Source: Tubulanus polymorphus
Lineage: Eukaryota; Animalia; Nemertea
Direction: 5' to 3'
NCBI RefSeq assembly: GCF_964204645.1
Contig: NC_134031.1
Span: 17,925,910-17,989,909, forward strand
Length of the DNA: 64,000 nt
The stretch's first letter is position 1; each line of letters opens with the position of its first letter. Both the position numbers and the translations under genes were made by a program. Below are positions 38,891-51,500 of the stretch, piece after piece. The notes beneath the pieces were generated by a model, which was not told where the DNA came from, made no database searches, and saw only the letters and a list, made by a program, of their open reading frames with translations.

Positions 38891-39924
38891 AAAAGATTGT
38901 TTGAATGAACCGGAACCGAAATACCAATTATGTTCTTGGACTTAAAGAAAAAAGATCTGTAAAAACGACCGCCGATCACGCAACTATATCTGTACTTCGA
39001 TTTCCGATTTTGAAAAAAACCGCCGTATCGCTGCCGGCAGGTGTGGTAGGTTTGTAAGGGACACCAACTCGAAAAGTCAAACGAGAGCTTGAGGTCAACA
39101 ACTCATCAAAAATCTGCCAATTAGAGAAAACAGTGCACAGAAACCAACCGACTTAGGAGATCCTCGTCGATGATGAAACCGGCAATCATAAAAGGTAACT
39201 TGATATACATGGAGTTATAACGATGATTTCTAAATGTCGTGATTACAGGATATATTTATTTACTCATTGCAGCTAAGTTTCAACTATAAGAAAGAGACCA
39301 GCATAAAATCAACTACTCATCTGAAATCTACGGATTTGAACAACCCACAGAAGAATCAAACTCATTAGATGGAAATTACCGGTATATAGAAATTTCAGGC
39401 CTCATGAATATCATTTGATAAGTGATTATCATCGAAATCTATTTACCTGTCCACATGGCTGATCTTAGAACTTTTATCTTTACTAATCTTACACCTTGGA
39501 GTAATAAATTTTTCAAATGATTACTACAAGCTTAAACATTGATGAACTAGTCCTACTACTGTAATTATTTATTGGGGTTTAATTCGGCAATTGACGTCAA
39601 TGAACCTAATTCTGATTTTGGAAATAACTATGTTAACTAAGTAAAAAACACGGTGGCTTGTAATTTGAAATGACATGTAAGTTATGATAAATCTGTCTAA
39701 AATGTTTTGCTTTCTTCACTTTGTTTCAGTCAAACTACATCCCGGAAATAATGGCCTGAAGAAGACACAAGTAGACAAATACCCATTGACCCATTTGCTG
39801 ATGAAAACTGCAGAAGCCCAGATGAGAAGTTTAGGAGCCAGCGACAGATTAATCACTCAACGATGGAATCTTCTTCAATCGGTGGTTGATTTCTATAAAA
39901 CATTTTATCAGGAGCAGCAGAGAT

Positions 39925-40062
39925 GATAGTGTATCTTATGAAAACTGATTCGCGCAGCAAAGACAATGGATTATCTTATAAAATCTGATTCAGGATAAAC
40001 ACCGAAGCAGCAAAGACAATGGTTTATCTCATGAACACTGAGATCTAGCAGCGGCAAAGACC
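39925..40062. repeat. Short degenerate tandem repeat (~40-55 bp x3)
   Basis: TATCTTATGAAAACTGATTC...GCAGCAAAGACAATGG repeated. Confidence 0.6.
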
Positions 40063-41274
40063 TCTGTAGTAAAGTATTGATTTTTTTTACTAATATCACC
40101 CTTTTTCAGACCAGTCTGATAGGTAACATAGTTTAAAAAATTTACCTGATTGCGTGGAATAGAGTATGAAAATAGTTGTTGAGTCGAATATTGAAAATAG
40201 TTGGATAATTAGGTTCCTTTGGCCTGAGAAAGGAACTCTACGTTTGAATATTTCAATATAGAGAAAACTATTTTATAATGAGTTTGTAAAAAGATGTGTC
40301 ATGTGTTTTGCAATGTGACAGAAATATCCTTCTTAGAGTCTAATAAAAGCTAAGCTCCATTAATTCACGATATTGGTCTTCGATCTTAGGTTGATAGATA
40401 AGTTGAGTTGGTTAGTCACTAGGAGTATGGTCACGTCGAGCGCCTAGTTTTGCGTCGTAGGTCTGTTGAGTTAACGCCTAAACTGAGATATAGTTTCAAC
40501 ATGATATTGTAAGTTTTATTGTGCTTACCATAGTTAAACAGAGTCAATACAGTGGCTTTGCCCTGTAGATATCACACGGTTAGGAAACATAGAACATAAC
40601 GTTCTATGCACAAATAATAAGTATTTGCAGAATTGTAGATGTACTAATTTGATGGCATTGATATTTTCGAAGGCCCGTGTAACCAATTTGAGAAATGAAT
40701 TATATATTTCGATTTTCACATGGAGTTTTAACTTTGAGCCTCCATCAATCTGTTCGATGCTACGTATTTGAAAGCAAAAGTTTTATCTAAAAGGAGACCA
40801 TTATTTATATTTGAGAGGTAAAGCTAAAGTTATAGCTAGGACTAATTTTGAACGTTTTAACATTGTTTATAGCTGTTTGAACTTCTTTTATTGTAATGGG
40901 TAAATCCATATCACGAGATGGCTCTCGTGAATAATCACTTAGCTTCAAATCGGGTGTATAATGATTATTAAGGAGTGCCAGTGAATCAGTAGCGCTTTTT
41001 TAAAATGGGCCCAGAACTTTACAGTGAAAAAATGCCTGCAGTTGTAAATAGAGGAGTATAAATAATACATAACTACAAACTACAAGTACATAAATTAATT
41101 CTAAAAAATAAAAAAACCAATAAATAATAAATAGAATAAACAACAATACAAACAAACAACAAATTTATATTCTATTTACATGAAAAGGCATTTTTTCAAA
41201 TATTTATCAACAAGGTTCTTCATTTATCGAACAACCTTCCCTAAGTATAGCGAAAACCCGAGATCTTTTCTGTT

Positions 41275-41392
41275 GTTATTCAAAGCATTCTATCAACTCA
41301 GTTATTGTAATGAACAAAACAAATAACCATAAACCTTTACTAAATCGAAAACATTTAAAATAATAACTGATATGATAGAATGCTTTGAATAA
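41275..41392. mobile_element. Inverted-repeat element (MITE-like)
   Basis: GTTATTCAAAGCATTCTATCA ... TGATAGAATGCTTTGAATAAC, 21-bp inverted repeat. Confidence 0.65.
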
Positions 41393-41654
41393 CTGTGATG
41401 AAAGATCGACCCGTCCTTTCAACTAGCCGCGCTCAATCACTGCTGTGACTGTTTATTGTTATACATGGGTAAACTTACTATACATGGGTAAACTTACTAT
41501 CTAAAATCTGGTAAAAACAATTTTACTTTTTAGAAAGAATTCAAAACAGCTATAAACTTAAGTTATTGATGTTATTGATTAGTTACCGATTGTATAATTA
41601 TGTTGAAGCTGCCAGGAAAAACGTCAGAATACTTAGTATGTAATGTCAAGGTGT

Positions 41655-43450
41655 TTGGAAATCTTTAAGACAAGGCAAAGTTGGCAAAATTCTAGTTCTC
41701 TAGAGAAAGTAATGATTAATTGATACAAAGAGTTCCAGAGTGAATCTGAGTTTCTCATCTCTAGTTTTAATGCTTTTATGTTGGAGACTGTTATTGTAAC
41801 ACAGTTCGTGGGATAAAAGCTTCGAGACATAGAATTACACAAGCCCGGTGGATGAGTGATTATGATAACCTTCATGCCCTAATGAAAATATACTTGTCCC
41901 GCGCAGTTGGACTAGTGCTTAGATCAGACCCTGCTTTGTTTCAAATGTAGAATTTTTGAAAAAAGTAGTTGATAATGTTTGAAGAAATCTCTTAAAGACG
42001 AGGAAAATTTGGCAATATTTTTAGTTTTTTAGTAATAATTAAGATTAATTAGTTAACCTTGCGCTTTCCAGAGTGAGTGAATTTGTAGGTTTAATGTTTT
42101 TATTTTGAACTGTTTTAAAATAACTCATTAAGCCACCAGGGTATAATTGTTGTGCAAGAATAAAACGACAGACATGTTCGTCATTCATGTTAGAACTGTT
42201 CAATTGTTTAGTTACGTGTATTGCAACTGTTTTCCTGTGGTGCTCATCAATGGTTCATAAAATACTATTTTCATTAAGGCCCTTATGGAAAATAGAGGAG
42301 CAAAATAGAGGAGCAAAATAGAGGAGCAGTCTCTTGATAAATGAGGATATATGAACAGTGTTAATTAGCAGATTGTGCCAGCAATATATGGACTCTTAAA
42401 GACAAGGCAAAGGTGGCAAAACTCTTAGTTACCTTAAATTATATTAATTATCGTAAAATAATGTTGATGAAAATAAAATCAAAGACTGTTTAGTTAATCA
42501 TAAGCTTTCCAGTTTGAATTTGTGTTTTTATCTCTGGTTTTTATATTTTATGTTGGAGACTTTTTTGAAATACAGGTCATGTTGAAATGTCAAAATACAG
42601 GTCATGTCAAATGACTGGGGCACTTCCTCAAGTATATAAATACCTGTCATTTAGGTATGATTGTTGTTGCGGGGATAAAATGACACGTTCATGTCAATTG
42701 TTCATAAAACACTGATTTATTAAGGTCCTATCGAATAAAGTTGAGCTTTTTCTTGACAACTGAGATGTCCTCAATCTCGATGTCATTTGAAAAGTTGACG
42801 ATGATAGATTCATATTTCATGAAATATAACAAAGTGTCAGTTATATTGACCTCATGAATTGTCAAATTCATAATCTTAGACTTTAGGACCAGTCCTTTTT
42901 TTGGTGTTTTATGGATCAAAGTTTACAACTCTTTGTGTATTTTTGTTATTTTCCCATTGATGCAAATTGTATGAATCAGCTGTAGTGGAAATATATCATA
43001 TATACAGACTTATAAATACCTTACATGTAACTTTTGTGATTTTAAAGTTAGTACAATTTCATACATATAATAGAAATAAAATTGCTATTAAAATTTGAGA
43101 AAATAAGCTAAAAGTTAATAATTTGATATGTGAAAATAAAATGATGTAAAGAATTTAAATTATATTGATTATTCCTACGCTTTCCAGAGTATTTGGCCAG
43201 GTTTATCTCTGTTTTTAGTGCGGGGGCCATTGACAATTGAGTCCATGGTTGGGCCATAGACTTTTTTGTTTTAGAGTCTTATGTTTGGACCTAGGGGCGT
43301 ATAAACACTCATTTATAGTTTATACGCCTATGGTGGTTGGACTAGTTTTTGAAAGTCCACGTGTTTGAGGAGCTTACGTTATAATTCCTCGAGCAATCCT
43401 GGCATTTTGTATAATTGTTGTATGAGAATAAATATGATTTTGAAATTTGT
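41655..43450. repeat. Old tandem duplication, ~350-400-bp unit x~4
   Basis: Recurrent TAAAGACAAGGCAAAG.TGGCAAAA, TTCCAGAGT, TTTATGTTGGAGACT and GTATAATTGTTG in the same order at ~41660, 41990, 42393 and 43180. Confidence 0.6.
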
Positions 43451-43769
43451 CATTCGTTGAGTTAAGCAACAAGTGTTACTAAAACGAAGCACTACTAAAT
43501 AAAAAGACTATATGCACCAGAGAAAACCGACCAATTTACGTTTCACATGCATTTGTTTATATCAGGTATTGCCTACACTTATTAGCAGAGGTGGTTGAAT
43601 ACACAGATAGCACCCCTAGTGATGATTTCTAATGAGTGCAATAGCTCATCGGACTTCGTTTTAGTCATGCATAGTTCTTCTGTTAGTATTTTTTCCACTC
43701 AACACGCGCGGCCCGCCCTAATTGATATTAATCAGTAAACCACGGCACTCCCCAATCCGCCGTCACTGG

Positions 43770-43926
43770 GCCAAATTCGGTTTTCGTATCTAGTCGACTA
43801 GTGGTCTGAACTAATAACCGAATGCGCTTGACTTTCGAACTATTTCCGGAATATAGTTCCGACTAACGGAGATTCGGTTTCGTTTAGTTCGACTGTAGTC
43901 GACTTACTCCGATAACCGAAGGTGGC
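43770..43926. other. ~157-bp imperfect foldback (palindromic element)
   Basis: Nested pairs GCCA/TGGC, TTCGGTT/AACCGAA, AGTCGACTA/TAGTCGACT, GAACTAA/TTAGTTC, AACCGAAT/ATTCGGTT, GAACTAT/ATAGTTC. Confidence 0.75.
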
Positions 43927-44102
43927 GAAACGAAGCATGATTGACGCACCGTATCCACCGTCCTCGGCGTCGTAGTAGCGCTACGATCATGTACCCAACC
44001 ACGGTAACCCCAGATACTACGTTCTTGTAGTAAGTGGTTAAAGTTTAGTCGCGCGATCGGCGGATCCACAAACATACTAAGCCAAATATTCAAGCCCATC
44101 TC

Positions 44103-44161
44103 TAGTCTGAATACAACCAGTCGTTGTTACGGTTGGAACGACGGCTAGGTACACTAGACTA
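44103..44161. mobile_element. 59-bp hairpin MITE with 9-bp TSD (Academ-like TAG...CTA termini)
   Basis: GCCCATCTC|TAGTCT...AGACTA|GCCCATCTC; right-end relic at ~46333-46354. Confidence 0.75.
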
Positions 44162-44393
44162 GCCCATCTCCGATTCAAAAACACTTTGCCACCAACGACA
44201 AAATTTAGGTGACAACTACGTGTGTTCTTGGTGAATAAACCTGTCAGATATTTTCAAGCCCAACGATTTGGTAACTACGTAACTAAATCCCTTAACTAGT
44301 AGAGTTCAGTTCACTAGTCAGTACCGGGTAGCGAAAGTGAAACTACCTCGCCGACAGTACTGTGTGTACCGGTACCATGAAACTGGTATTTCC

Positions 44394-44514
44394 TTCACCC
44401 AGTCATGCGAGTGGCCGGTTCGCGGCGCTCCGTATACTGCGTATACTAAAGAGCTCGCGTGAACCACCCCTGACACGATAGCGATATACCACTGACACTA
44501 AGGTTCTCAGTGAA
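44394..44514. mobile_element. Short form of the 32492-33144 element
   Basis: Same left ~75 bp and right ~36 bp, joined almost directly. Confidence 0.8.
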
Positions 44515-44864
44515 GTTTTCCCATTACCGCGAAAAAAAACGAAACCACAACGTAACTAAAATTCGAATTGTGGAACTTCTTCGATTATCTGAGTCAGAGT
44601 GCATATCAAAACATTACAGGTTTACGCACATATTCATTAAGGGGCCCAAGAGGAAATTTCACAGGCTGGCAAGGCTTGAAAATGAAAATCGTAAAGAACA
44701 AACAATGGAGAATACAGTCTAAGTGTCGAAAAATTCGGTTCATAGAATTTGATAAGATACGGGCCAAAGTTCCCGTATGGAGATGGGTATGACGATAAAC
44801 AGCTGTCATATTCTGTGTATTTTCAGAGACAATTTATCGTTTTAGAGAAAATTGCAATATAAAA

Positions 44865-45463
44865 ATGTCAAGAAAAAAAGATAAGGCATTATTCGAGGTT
44901 TTTGTTAGGGGATTACCACAATTAGTTAAAGAATAACAGCTGCGAGACTTCCTTTGGAATTCAGGTGGCGTGATGGTTACTGTCCTTATGATTTTTCCAA
45001 ATTATTTTCTTGAATTTCTAGTGTAAAGACATTATCTATCTAGAGTTGACGCGGATTCAAACTATTCTAAGACTTTCAAAAAAGTTTAAGGGATAGAGCT
45101 ACCAAAAATCATCAGGGTAGAAATAAAGGCTTCGGTTTTATTCAGTTCGAAGACGAGAGATCATTTGAAAAGACCATTAATCTGAAAGAGGTGGTGTAAA
45201 AAATCGATAATTGTAGCTTTATGGACATAGTCCTTGCATCATAGGATATCATTGGTCTTTTTTTATATATTCAGAAATTCTTTGGCAAGCCGTTGGTTTT
45301 TGTAGAATCAAACAAAGGTAAACGTAATTCGTCATGTTACAACCGGGATTTAATCATATTTCAATTTTTTAGAGCTTTCACCAAAACATGATTTGATAGG
45401 GTCGAATTTCTCGATTTCTAACGAAACTGATATCGGTAAACGAGAGCGACAAAAAAGTTCAAA
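44865..45463 (+). pseudogene. Pseudogenised duplicate of the RRM exons of the downstream ZNFX1-like gene
   Basis: MSRKKDKALFEVFVRGLPQLVKE*QLRDFL with in-frame TAA at 44934. The RNP1 exon NKGFGFIQF is frame-disrupted. The KFFGKPLVFVESNK exon and intron positions match 48523-48981. Confidence 0.85.
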
Positions 45464-46928
45464 GGTTCAAATTGATTTTCTTTATTGAGTTTATTACTGT
45501 GCATATTCGACGACCAATGTCAAATCGAGTCACATGGGCGAGTGGGACATCGTCATTGCCAAACAATGTTGCTCTTATCATTCAAAATCCTCACTAGTCA
45601 GATTTCTGAATAACGTCCGTAAATCCAGACACGTTCATAAATGAAACAGGGAGGTCACTCCCACCTCCCTGATGAAACTAACTCAAATAAAAGACTGACG
45701 TTGACAAATCGGTTTGAAAGGCTGCCTGCAGCTGAATGCAAACTGACTTCACTTATCAAAAGAATCTCCATCTTTGCCAATCGAAGACCTAGGTTGTTAA
45801 TATTTATGGTTGGTCTTTGCAAGTCGGAACCAGTCAATGAATTCATTTACGATAATTTTTGGCAGGAATGGCAGTAAACCGGTTAGATCTGGAATGGTTA
45901 TTCTTGAACCGGAATAGAAACAAGGGAACATGGCAACTTGCTACCGGTTACATAAACACGGTCCTGCTACAATGTATTGGTTTTACGCACTTAGAACCAC
46001 GGATCAGCGTAGGTTTTCCCCGTTCGCATTATAATCGATACGCGGTAAGAGTTATTGCGAGGCCTACATGAAACTCTGCTGGTCTACGCAGTGATGTAAT
46101 CAATATAGGTTTCCCCCGATTGCGTACGCGGTACTCGGGTTTCTCCGTCAAACAGGTTCCACTATCACGAGAAAGAGGACATTTTAGTTGGGCGCGTCAT
46201 CCGCTGGTGGACAGCAAGACGATCACTCTCGAAATGAGGTGAGTATATAAATCACTGTAGTAGCTGAATTATCAATAGTTTGAATACCAGTCATTGTTAC
46301 CAGGTTACGGGTTCCCTACAACTGTTTGAGAAACAACGGCTAGGTACTAGACTAAATTATCAAGACATAGCCTTAGCAGAATACCCATCTTCGACCGGTA
46401 TGGAAGGGGCATGGTGCAGCCGCCAAAAACGCCGGGAGATTACATCAACGTAAGGTTGGGGTTTTAGGGGATTCCTAGGGAGTCCATCTTGACGTGCTAA
46501 AAATGAGAGAGCTGACCTCGCATCAAAATTTTGAGCCTTCCCCGCTTGGCTGTATTTATTCTGACGTGTTTAGCAGTTTAGGTCAACACATGGAGGGCCC
46601 TGACTACGGGCCTTTCCGAGGGGCAGCCCACTTCTATTTCAAGAATTTTCACCGCGAAAAGCACTTCGAACCCAATTGAAAAAGGACATCTTGAATATAT
46701 AGGCTATTTTTTCAGTGCCTTGAGAACGCGGGATTACTATTCATTTTGCCAGAAATGAAAATGGTAGCCAAATTTCGAAAAAATCTTGACCCGAATTTTT
46801 TGTTACTAACTTTTTGATTGGCACTTTGAAAACTGACGGGCCTGCCTATCAGATAGCCCGTTTAATTTTAGCGCGGGGTTTTTTCATTTATAGTTTTTCG
46901 CGAAATTTGCTTCAGCGGCAATCTGATT

Positions 46929-47037
46929 GACGCTGCACTGGCTTTTGTGCGGCAAACAATGTGCTTGTACCCGGCGATGTCAGGGTTTCGCGCCGAGGCT
47001 GTAGTGAATCTATCAGGTTCGAATCCCTGCAGTGTAA
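46929..47037 (+). repeat. tRNA-like / tRNA-derived SINE sequence
   Basis: B box GGTTCGAATCC and ACGCTG/CAGTGT terminal pairing, but no canonical D arm or anticodon arm. Confidence 0.3.
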
Positions 47038-48522
47038 GCGTGTCGAATGATAAAATCATTTTCTAGCACCCCCACTTCATCCCATCTCAAATCTAACTGG
47101 AATTGTGAATGCACTAAAATTGATATTAGATATTCTCACAAATATTATTAACTTCACTATCATAAATCATCTTCATAAAAATTTAGTTCTCTCAAAAAAT
47201 TGAAACGTTACTTTTTCTGTCAATCAAAAATAATTGTCTCGGTTAAAGCGAAACCGAGTAAGAAAATGTTTAGCACTATAAAACATGAAATATATGAGTA
47301 TTGCACGGGTAATTTACAGAATTGTTACAGTAACAAAAGATCAGTACCAGATTTTGATTTTTTCAGCAAAACAGGAAATCTATATTTATATAACATTACA
47401 TTATATTATATTATAGAAAATCTGTTTTTACTGATTTACATATTCTACGTACTAACAAAAGAATTAACCTTTGAAAATTTGCATTTATGCTATGCCTTCG
47501 ATACAGCCTTAGTTAAAATGTCAACTGATCTGTGGAGTAGTTAACATTTCCTGTAATTGATAAATTCCTGATAACCTTTTATTTCAGCCTGGCTGTAAAA
47601 TATCATCGCCAGTATATCTACACGATAACATAAAAATTCTACTTAGTCGAATCAGGGAAGTGTCACTGTTATTGGACGAATATACCACACATAATATCAC
47701 GTTTTATGCGGTGTAGCCTACAGAATATACAAAAACAACCACTCGCCAAAAATAAATGGCTTTAATTACTCTAATTTGTCACGTGTTGCTGGTTTCGTAA
47801 ATATATGAGCAATCATGACGTTCGTTTGGTGGTACATGATTTCTGTTTAACCTTTATTCAGTCTGATTACTCCGAGCCATTTACACAACCAGTAACACGC
47901 AGAGCGCGGTATGAGCGCGCGCGTCGACATGTAGAAACGACCGTAAGAATTCCGTTAATGATAAATGGGAAAATGTTCTTTAAAAAACCCGATGAAAACA
48001 TATGAGCCCTTAATTATGCATAAGAACTGTCGGTAGATCTATTCTTTTGATCCACAACAAGAAATGATAACAATTTTCCTGGCCCTCACCCTGTCCTAAA
48101 AAGTGGATGGTTGGCGGTGCTAAGCTGGTGTCAACCAGGTAGCGAATTATCACAGGCACAAAGATTCCCTCGGTGAAGATACAAAGTGAAGAAAAGTGTC
48201 CTTATTCATTTGATTGATCGATTGATCGATTGATTGATTAGGTGTAGACCTTACAAAAACCTGCTGAACAAACAGGAACTTCGATTTTAGTTGGATATAG
48301 TCGAATTAGTTTATAACATACGTAAACGTATCATAATAATTTTTTTTTAAAGTAAATTATATTGAGAGAAAGACACACTGTAGATACATTTGTGTAGAAA
48401 TTCGTTAACGAAATATAGACTGAAAGGTCGCATGGAGGGTAGGTGCGGCAGACAGTAGTCTGTCATGTTGTGTATATTTTCAGAAATCAATGATAAATGG
48501 TTCTTGAACAAAATACGAATAA

Positions 48523-51500
48523 AATGTCTGCAAAGCGAGATAAGCCGTTGTTCGAGGTTTTCGTCAGGGGGTTACCACCAGGTGTTCTAGAAGCACAACT
48601 TCAAGATTTCCTTAGGAATTCAGGCGGCGTGAGGGTAACTTTGAAATACGATTTACAAAATTTGTTCTCGTAAATTTCCAGTGCGAGAGCGTATGGGATG
48701 ACACAGATAAAAGTGTTTTTAACCAAAAGTGTTTGTTTTCAGACTCTTTCGATACAAATACCGAAATATCAGATGGGCGGAAATAAAGGTTTCGGTTTTA
48801 TTCGATTCGGGGACCAGAACTCATTTGAAACAGTTATTGCTCTGAATGGGAAGGTAAGATATTGATGAGTCTAGCTTTATAGACATGTTTTGCGTTTTAA
48901 GATGTAATCGGTTTGTTCGTTCTTTTTTTTTAATTCAGAAATTCTTTGGCAGGCCATTGTTATTTAAAGAGTCCAATAAAGGTATTCATAATTCCATAAG
49001 TTATAATCGAATTATTGTTTTTCATTTTAATCAGACGAGTCGAATGTTCTATAAATCAAATTCGATAGAACATTAATTAAGGAAATTGATTTGACAGGTG
49101 AAATTCCAGAAAGAAATTGCTCGATAAGTTTTGAAATAATTATGCGATATTTTTTGCCCGTTTCAATTTTAAATCTTTTTACAGTATGCCAAAAAACAAT
49201 TTAAAATCTATTTTTGGAAACAAAGCTTCTGTTTGTTCTAATGCAGCTAAACGTTCGCAACCAGTGAAGCAAAGTCGCATGATTCATGAAAACGCCATAC
49301 AGAGAATAGAGCATGGAGCGAGAAGAAATAAACAAAGAAATTTACGGTAATAAGTGATAATTACATTCTCAGCGAATACCGGTACGCTCTATATATTTTC
49401 TATGTTATTTTTCGTTTTTTCATATGTGAATATGTACATTTTTGCTTTCGCCAGGTTACTACGTAAGATCGATAAATTGCTGCATCCTTTGCTTGATGAG
49501 ATGACTGCACCAGAAATCTTCGTCTATTTGAAAGATAATCTGCCTTCATTAAAGGCCCTGATGGATGACAAGTTTATTTCTTCGGAAACGTTTGAAGTTC
49601 TCATTAAAGCTATACAATCAATTTGTGGTCAAAGCGAGGATTTGCCTATTTTACACGCTATTATCAACTCTACTATTTACAATCCAGCTGGCACAATAGA
49701 TAAATATTGTAATGATTGTAAGAAATTAGGACGCCTCGGTGATTTTCAAATCGGTACATTTCTGAATGTATTAAAATTGTCCAATGAAATTCTCAAGAGG
49801 CTTCCCAATCAGGCGCATCTTCGAATTATGTTCGTCATAAAAGGACTTGAGATCGCATTTGAGAAGATAGAAATGCAGAACACATATGTGCTAGGAGAAC
49901 TCGAACAATTGCAACAACTACATGATACCACAATTGTGAGGGTACTTCGACAAGAAGCACGTGATGAAGGGGCAGCGGAGAATGTTGATATATTACTTGG
50001 GTCTATACTACCTAAAGTTGAAGACCTTCGTATGAAACCACTGATTGATGAAAACATAGTTAATGGCTGTTACAAATCAACAACGCATTACCTTAGTACT
50101 CAATTTCAGCTGTTACGTGAGGATTTTATTCGCCCAATTCGTTCTGGAGTACAGCAGTATCTAGCCAGCTTCAGTGATAAAAAGAAAATTACTCGCCTCC
50201 AAGATGCCTTCATTTACCATGGTGTCAGGTTTGTTGAGACAGATTCGTTTGAAAAGACTCGTCTGCAGTTTGACTCGAGAAATCTACAGAGAGTTCGATG
50301 GCAGAATTGTAAACGGTTTATCTATGGTTCGCTTGTTTGTTTATCAGCCGATCGATTTGAATCGATGATTATTGCTACTGTGATGGATCGTGACCCAACA
50401 GAGTTGGCTCAAGGATACGTAGATGTGAAAATAATATCTGCGGTTTCATCATTGCCATTAAACTATGAAGAGAAACGTTATGTCCTCATCGAGGGACAGT
50501 CTTACTTCGAAGCATACCGTCATAATCTAAAACGACTTCAGTCTTTGAAAAGAGATTTTGATGCAGGCGTTGAGCTTCCATTCCGTGACTATTTTGTGAG
50601 TCCAAAGACTGTCACCGTCGCGCCACCTAAGTATCTGTCGATAAGGAAATCAGAGTCTATTGACAGTGTCACTGGCGAACCTCTTCTTGATGATATATTT
50701 TCTGATATAAATATGCATTGCTTAAGGTCTGATGACACAGAGATGCGATTGAAAGAATTTTTGGATTTTTCTAATTGGCCATCAGAGGAAAATTCATTTT
50801 TGGATACATCACAATTGGAAGCGTTACACCACGCATTAACACATGAGGTTGCAATTATCCAAGGTCCTCCAGGAACTGGCAAGACCTATCTCGGTCTAAA
50901 AGTAGTAGAATTCCTTCTTGACAATGAATCGGTCTGGGTAACCAAGGAGAAGAAGATATCGCTAGAGAATCCAAAAATGGCAACAAAATCTAGAACAAAA
51001 CAGTTTCAAGATAAAATCATGGTTGTCTGTTATACTAACCATGCGCTAGACCAGTTCCTTTCAGAGATATTGACGCTCTCTGAAATTAGATCAAAAGTGG
51101 TGGTTAGAATTGGGGGCAGATGCAAAGATGAAAAGTTGTTAAGCATAACACTCAAAAGTCATCGAAGAAATCATTATGGAAATAATGATAGAGATCTGTC
51201 AAAGATTGATAAAGGTTTGAGAGATGTGCAGGCAGAATCACAATACCTAAAATCACTGTTGAAAAATGTCGACGTGTTTAACATTACTGTGGGTGATTTG
51301 ATGCAACAAGTAGTTGCTGGACATAGACAACAATTTCTTGTTCCACGGTGCACCATTCAAGAAACAATTATTTATTGGATCTTGGATAAAGATATGGCTG
51401 TAGTCAACGCAAAGTTGAATGTGCAGAACGATGGTGAAGTGATTATTGAAGATATCCCAGATGAAGATATCCCATATGAAGAAAATATCCCAGATGAAGA

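Noticed and set aside
46929-47037. Functional tRNA gene
   Set aside because: Only a B box and partial terminal pairing; no convincing cloverleaf.
49354-49454. N-terminus of the 1806-aa ORF (MIITFSANT...)
   Set aside because: Intronic read-through; the exon begins at the CCAG acceptor at 49455.
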